NCBI GenBank assembly: GCA_026025075.1
Contig: JAPEUI010000059.1
Span: 1 to 64,000 of the forward strand
DNA length: 64,000 nucleotides
Origin: Vezdaea acicularis
Lineage: Eukaryota
Direction: 5' to 3'
Below are positions 60,321 to 64,000 of this stretch, piece after piece (position 1 is the first letter of the stretch; each line of letters opens with the position of its first letter). The translations under genes were made by a program, and so were the position numbers. The notes under the pieces are model-generated. The model saw nothing but the letters and a program-made list of their open reading frames with translations. It made no database searches and was not told the origin of the DNA.

Positions 60321-63137
60321 ATGGATGGATATCATAGCTTCAATAGCAGCGGTAAATATCCACCTGGAGATCCAAGACGCAACCCCAATGGCGTTAAGAC
60401 ACAGATTGAGCTTTCCGTCGCATTAGGCCTAATTGCCTTTCTAATTTTCTGCGTAATTCCCCATCTCTACATTTCCATGAAGCTTTGCTCACCTATTACC
60501 TAGTTTCTCCGGCCAAGATGGAAGAGTCTATACGCAGCGCGCAAGCAGATCAACAAGTCCGCATCATCACTCCCAGAATTACCGAGCAGTTTCTTAGGGT
60601 GGATGCCTGTACTGTATAAAATCAGTGATGAAGAGGTGCTAGCTTCAGCAGGCCTTGACGCCTATGTGGTAGGTGTGACTAGATCCATAAGCTTGATTCC
60701 ATGCTGAAGTAATGCGACTACGTAGTTCCTGGCATTCTTCAAAATGGCTATAAAGTTCCTCGCTGTCGCGTTGTTCTTCGCTGTTACTGTCATCACGCCT
60801 GTGCATGTCGTTTTTGCAAAAGATACTTGGGTACCTCCTGATAATTCGACAAATGCCCTGTCGTCTGGCCTGTTCACTTTTAGCGGTGGCTTAGCTTTAT
60901 ATCAAACAGACGGCACGTCATCCAAACGGCCAAAGGAGCCGAATACAGACTGGATGTGGCTATACGTCGTTTTTGTCTACTTTTTCAGCGGCTTAGCCAT
61001 ATACCTCCTGATGTCAGAAACAGACAAAATCATCAAAACAAGACAGGAATATCTCGGCAGTCAATCTACTATCACGGATCGAACGATCAGGCTTTCTGGA
61101 ATCCCTTTTGAGCTCCGTTCCGAGGACAAAATAAAGGATTTTGTTGAAGGTCTCGAGATCGGCAAAGTCGAGAATGTTACCCTCTGTAGAGATTGGAAAG
61201 AACTGGACGATCTAATTAATGAGAGAAGTTATCATTTAAGAAAGTTAGAAGAGGCATTGACAGTACATCTCGGCCGCCGGCAGGTCGAGCGGACTGGAGA
61301 ATCTTTACCCATTACCCAGCCACCTCCACCTGAACCTCGTCCGGGACGAGGTACCGAGAACGAGGAATCCGGGTTACTCGACCATAGCAATAGCCAGAGC
61401 CATGTGGTTCCGTATGAGCGGGAACGCCCAAGAACAAGGATATGGTACGGCATACTCAAGTTGAAGCATCATCAAGTCGACGCCATTGACTACTATGAAG
61501 AAAAACTGCGGAAATTGGATGAGGAAATCAAATCAAAACGTGAACAGAACTTCGCACCAACCCCTTTTGCTTTTGTCACAATGGACTCTATTGCAGCCTG
61601 TGTGAGTCGTATTTTGCTATTGTATCAAAGGTTAAGACTTATCATGACGTAGCAAATGGCTGTCCAGGCAATTCTAGATCCATCGCCATTACGCCTTCTT
61701 GCCAAGCCTGCGCCAGCACCACCTGACGTTGTATGGCGGAATACTTACCTCCCTCGAACGAACAGGATGATCAGAGCATGGATCGTGACGATTATCATTG
61801 TCTTGCTTACCGTCTTTTGGTCTGCAATTCTTGTACCAGTTGACGGACTGCTCAGCACAGAATCAATACACAAAGTCTTTCCCGGCATTGCAGACGCTTT
61901 GGAAAAAACAGAGTTTGGTAGAGCGCTGGTTACTGGAGCGCTTCCGACATTGGTAGTATCACTTCTGGGTGTGGCCGTTCCTTATCTCTACGACTGTGAG
62001 TACATAAGAAATAATGCAAGGAAGCCTTTCCTGACTTAGCTTAGGGCTCGCGAATATGCAAGGCATGATCTCACAGGGCGACGTGGAACTATCAGTGATC
62101 TCTAAGAACTTCCTTTTCTCGTTCTTCAATCTTTTCGTCTTTTTCACAATCATCGGAACAGTGACAGTGACTGCTTCAGAGCTATGGGGGCAACTAAGGG
62201 ACTCACTGAAAGACACCACTCTAATTGCATACCAGCTCGCGAAGTCACTGGATAGCCTTGCCCTATTCTACGTGAATTTCATCATTCTTCAAGGCTTAGG
62301 TCTATTTCCGTTCAGGCTCCTTGAGTTTGGAAGCGTTGCTCTTTATCCCATTTACTTGATTGGCGCAAAGACTCCTAGAGGTAAGCGACTTCAGCTTCAA
62401 AACGAACTTCAGAATGCTTACTATAGCTCCTGTACAGACTACGCCGAACTGGTGCAACCTCCAGTGTTCAGGTATGGATTTTACCTGCCTCAGACGATTC
62501 TCATCTTCATCGTTTGCATTGTCTACAGCACATTGCAATACGGCGCCTTCATCCTGTTCTTTGGATTACTTTATTTTATCATTGGACACTTTACCTATAA
62601 GTATCAGCTACTTTATGCAATGGATCACTCACGGCACTCGACTGGCCAAGCATGGTCCATAATAAGCTACCGAGTCATTCTCGGGCTTGCAGTCTTTCAA
62701 CTGGCAATGGCTGGTCAATTAGCGATCCACAAGACTGTTTATCGGCCTCTCTTGATCATACCACTCCTAGCGGCGACAGTGTGGTTTGCTTACTACTATC
62801 GAAGGAATTACGCACCTTTGACTCGCTTCATTGCCCTTAGAAGCATTGAACGGCATGAAAATGCTACTCAAGAGGAGGATACTGATGATCCAGCTCCATC
62901 GAGCCGTTCGAGGCGCCAAAGCGGAGTTCCTGAGAGTACTATAGACGAAGAGCGAGAAAAGGACATGAAATACGTCAATCCTAGTCTGGTGTCACCGTAA
63001 GTGGAATTCGAAAGCTTGCCAAAAGCATACTAATGAGATTTCTCAGCCTTGAGGAGCCCTGGGTACCTAATAAAGAACTACTCAACCTTAGTGACTCTAC
63101 TCACAATAGTCGCAACGGTGGGGAGCATAATGTTTAG
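60321..63137 (+). CDS. OSCA/TMEM63 (Csc1/Rsn1 family) calcium-permeable stress-gated channel, multi-exon
   Basis: FLRPRWKSLYAARK, AGLDAYV|FLAFFKMAIKFL, TITDRTIRLSGIP, AFVTMDS, PAPAPPDVVWRN, FYVNFIILQGLG, YKYQLLYAM; many transmembrane segments. Confidence 0.92.
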
Positions 63138-63437
63138 GATGCCATTGTATTGTCTATGGAGTTGTTGCATAAGCCGGAGTCGACCGCTGAACAGGTACAT
63201 GATTAAATGAAGCTAGGCCTGGGAACCTGTAATAACAGACCAATGACTTTGTTAGGTAGGTTTCAAGTGATCTTGCTTGGGTTGAATGGCCAAAAGCATG
63301 ATATCATAGATCCAATATTCGTAGCACACGCCGAATAAAAAATTCTCATTCAAGCTATTATGACATACGCCGTTTTCGTGCAAGACAGCAAGGATATCGA
63401 GTTGAGAAAAACAATTCTGAGCAAAGAAATCTCGGAT

Positions 63438-64000
63438 CTAATCTATCCTGGGTGGACTTTTCGAATGGACCTTCCCACCCGGCACACTCTTTGCATTGTA
63501 GGGACTTACGCTACGCCTGGATCAATGTCAGCGATCTGAACCACGGTCGAGCCCAAATGACATGAGGTGCAAATCTAGTCTATGCCATGCCTCGGGTTGC
63601 TTTGTCCAAAAAGGGGGTTAAATTACTTACGATCGTCTCCTCTCGCCCTCCCTTCGAAAACCCTCGATGACCTTCAGCATCTCCTTCCGCCCAGCTGCAG
63701 CGATAACCGTCTTGCCAACCATGCTCATCTTGACTTTATCTTTAGCTGTAGCGCTGAGTAACCGCTTGACGAGCAGATGCCTCATCTGCATACAGACAAA
63801 AACGCCGCAGTCTGATCCGTTCTCTTGCTGTGGACTGTCTTCAAGATCTATAAACTTTAATGGCCTTCCCAGTAATTGTGACATCTGCCCTGTAACTTTC
63901 TCGGCCTCGTTGAAGTTCGATGGATTTAAAGAATCGTAATGGAAAGCAACACCGTCGATGACGCTCACGAGAAGAAGAGACCAATGTGAACCCCCCTCTG
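63438..64000 (-). CDS. NEDD8-specific cysteine protease (DEN1/SENP8, Ulp1 family), 3' part only
   Basis: GGSHWSLLLVSVIDGVAFHYDSL (catalytic His, Asp) and PQQENGSDCGVFVC (Gln, Cys). The last exon ends SKSPPRID*. Truncated by the window edge. Confidence 0.85.

Overview
Eukaryotic, intron-rich genomic DNA from a filamentous ascomycete (Pezizomycotina; class cannot be determined from sequence alone), with about 30 protein-coding genes. Most are housekeeping: UMP kinase, eIF3m, BUD23, IDH1, proteasome alpha7 and beta7, YIP3, two J-domain proteins, an FAH-family hydrolase, eIF3j, Svp26, ADE8, NMNAT, Ufd4-type HECT ligase, Zds1-like, creD-like arrestin, creC-like WD40, an OSCA/TMEM63 channel and a DEN1-type protease. 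No tRNA, rRNA, CRISPR array or transposon could be supported. The strongest signal is a candidate programmed -1 ribosomal frameshift at the end of YIP3. A U_UUU_UCC slippery site is followed by a 6-nt spacer and a pseudoknot or kissing-hairpin, and joins YIP3 to an ORF of about 450 codons that lacks its own 5' ATG. Also notable: an intron-split alpha-factor-like pheromone precursor (3 x [10 protein letters not shown]) with six TATTGA motifs upstream, a GPI-type secreted protein with three CxxxC-hairpin modules, a duplicated 78-bp structured non-coding element, and a 100-aa three-exon gene missed by the ORF track. All gene models were spliced by eye and are unverified.
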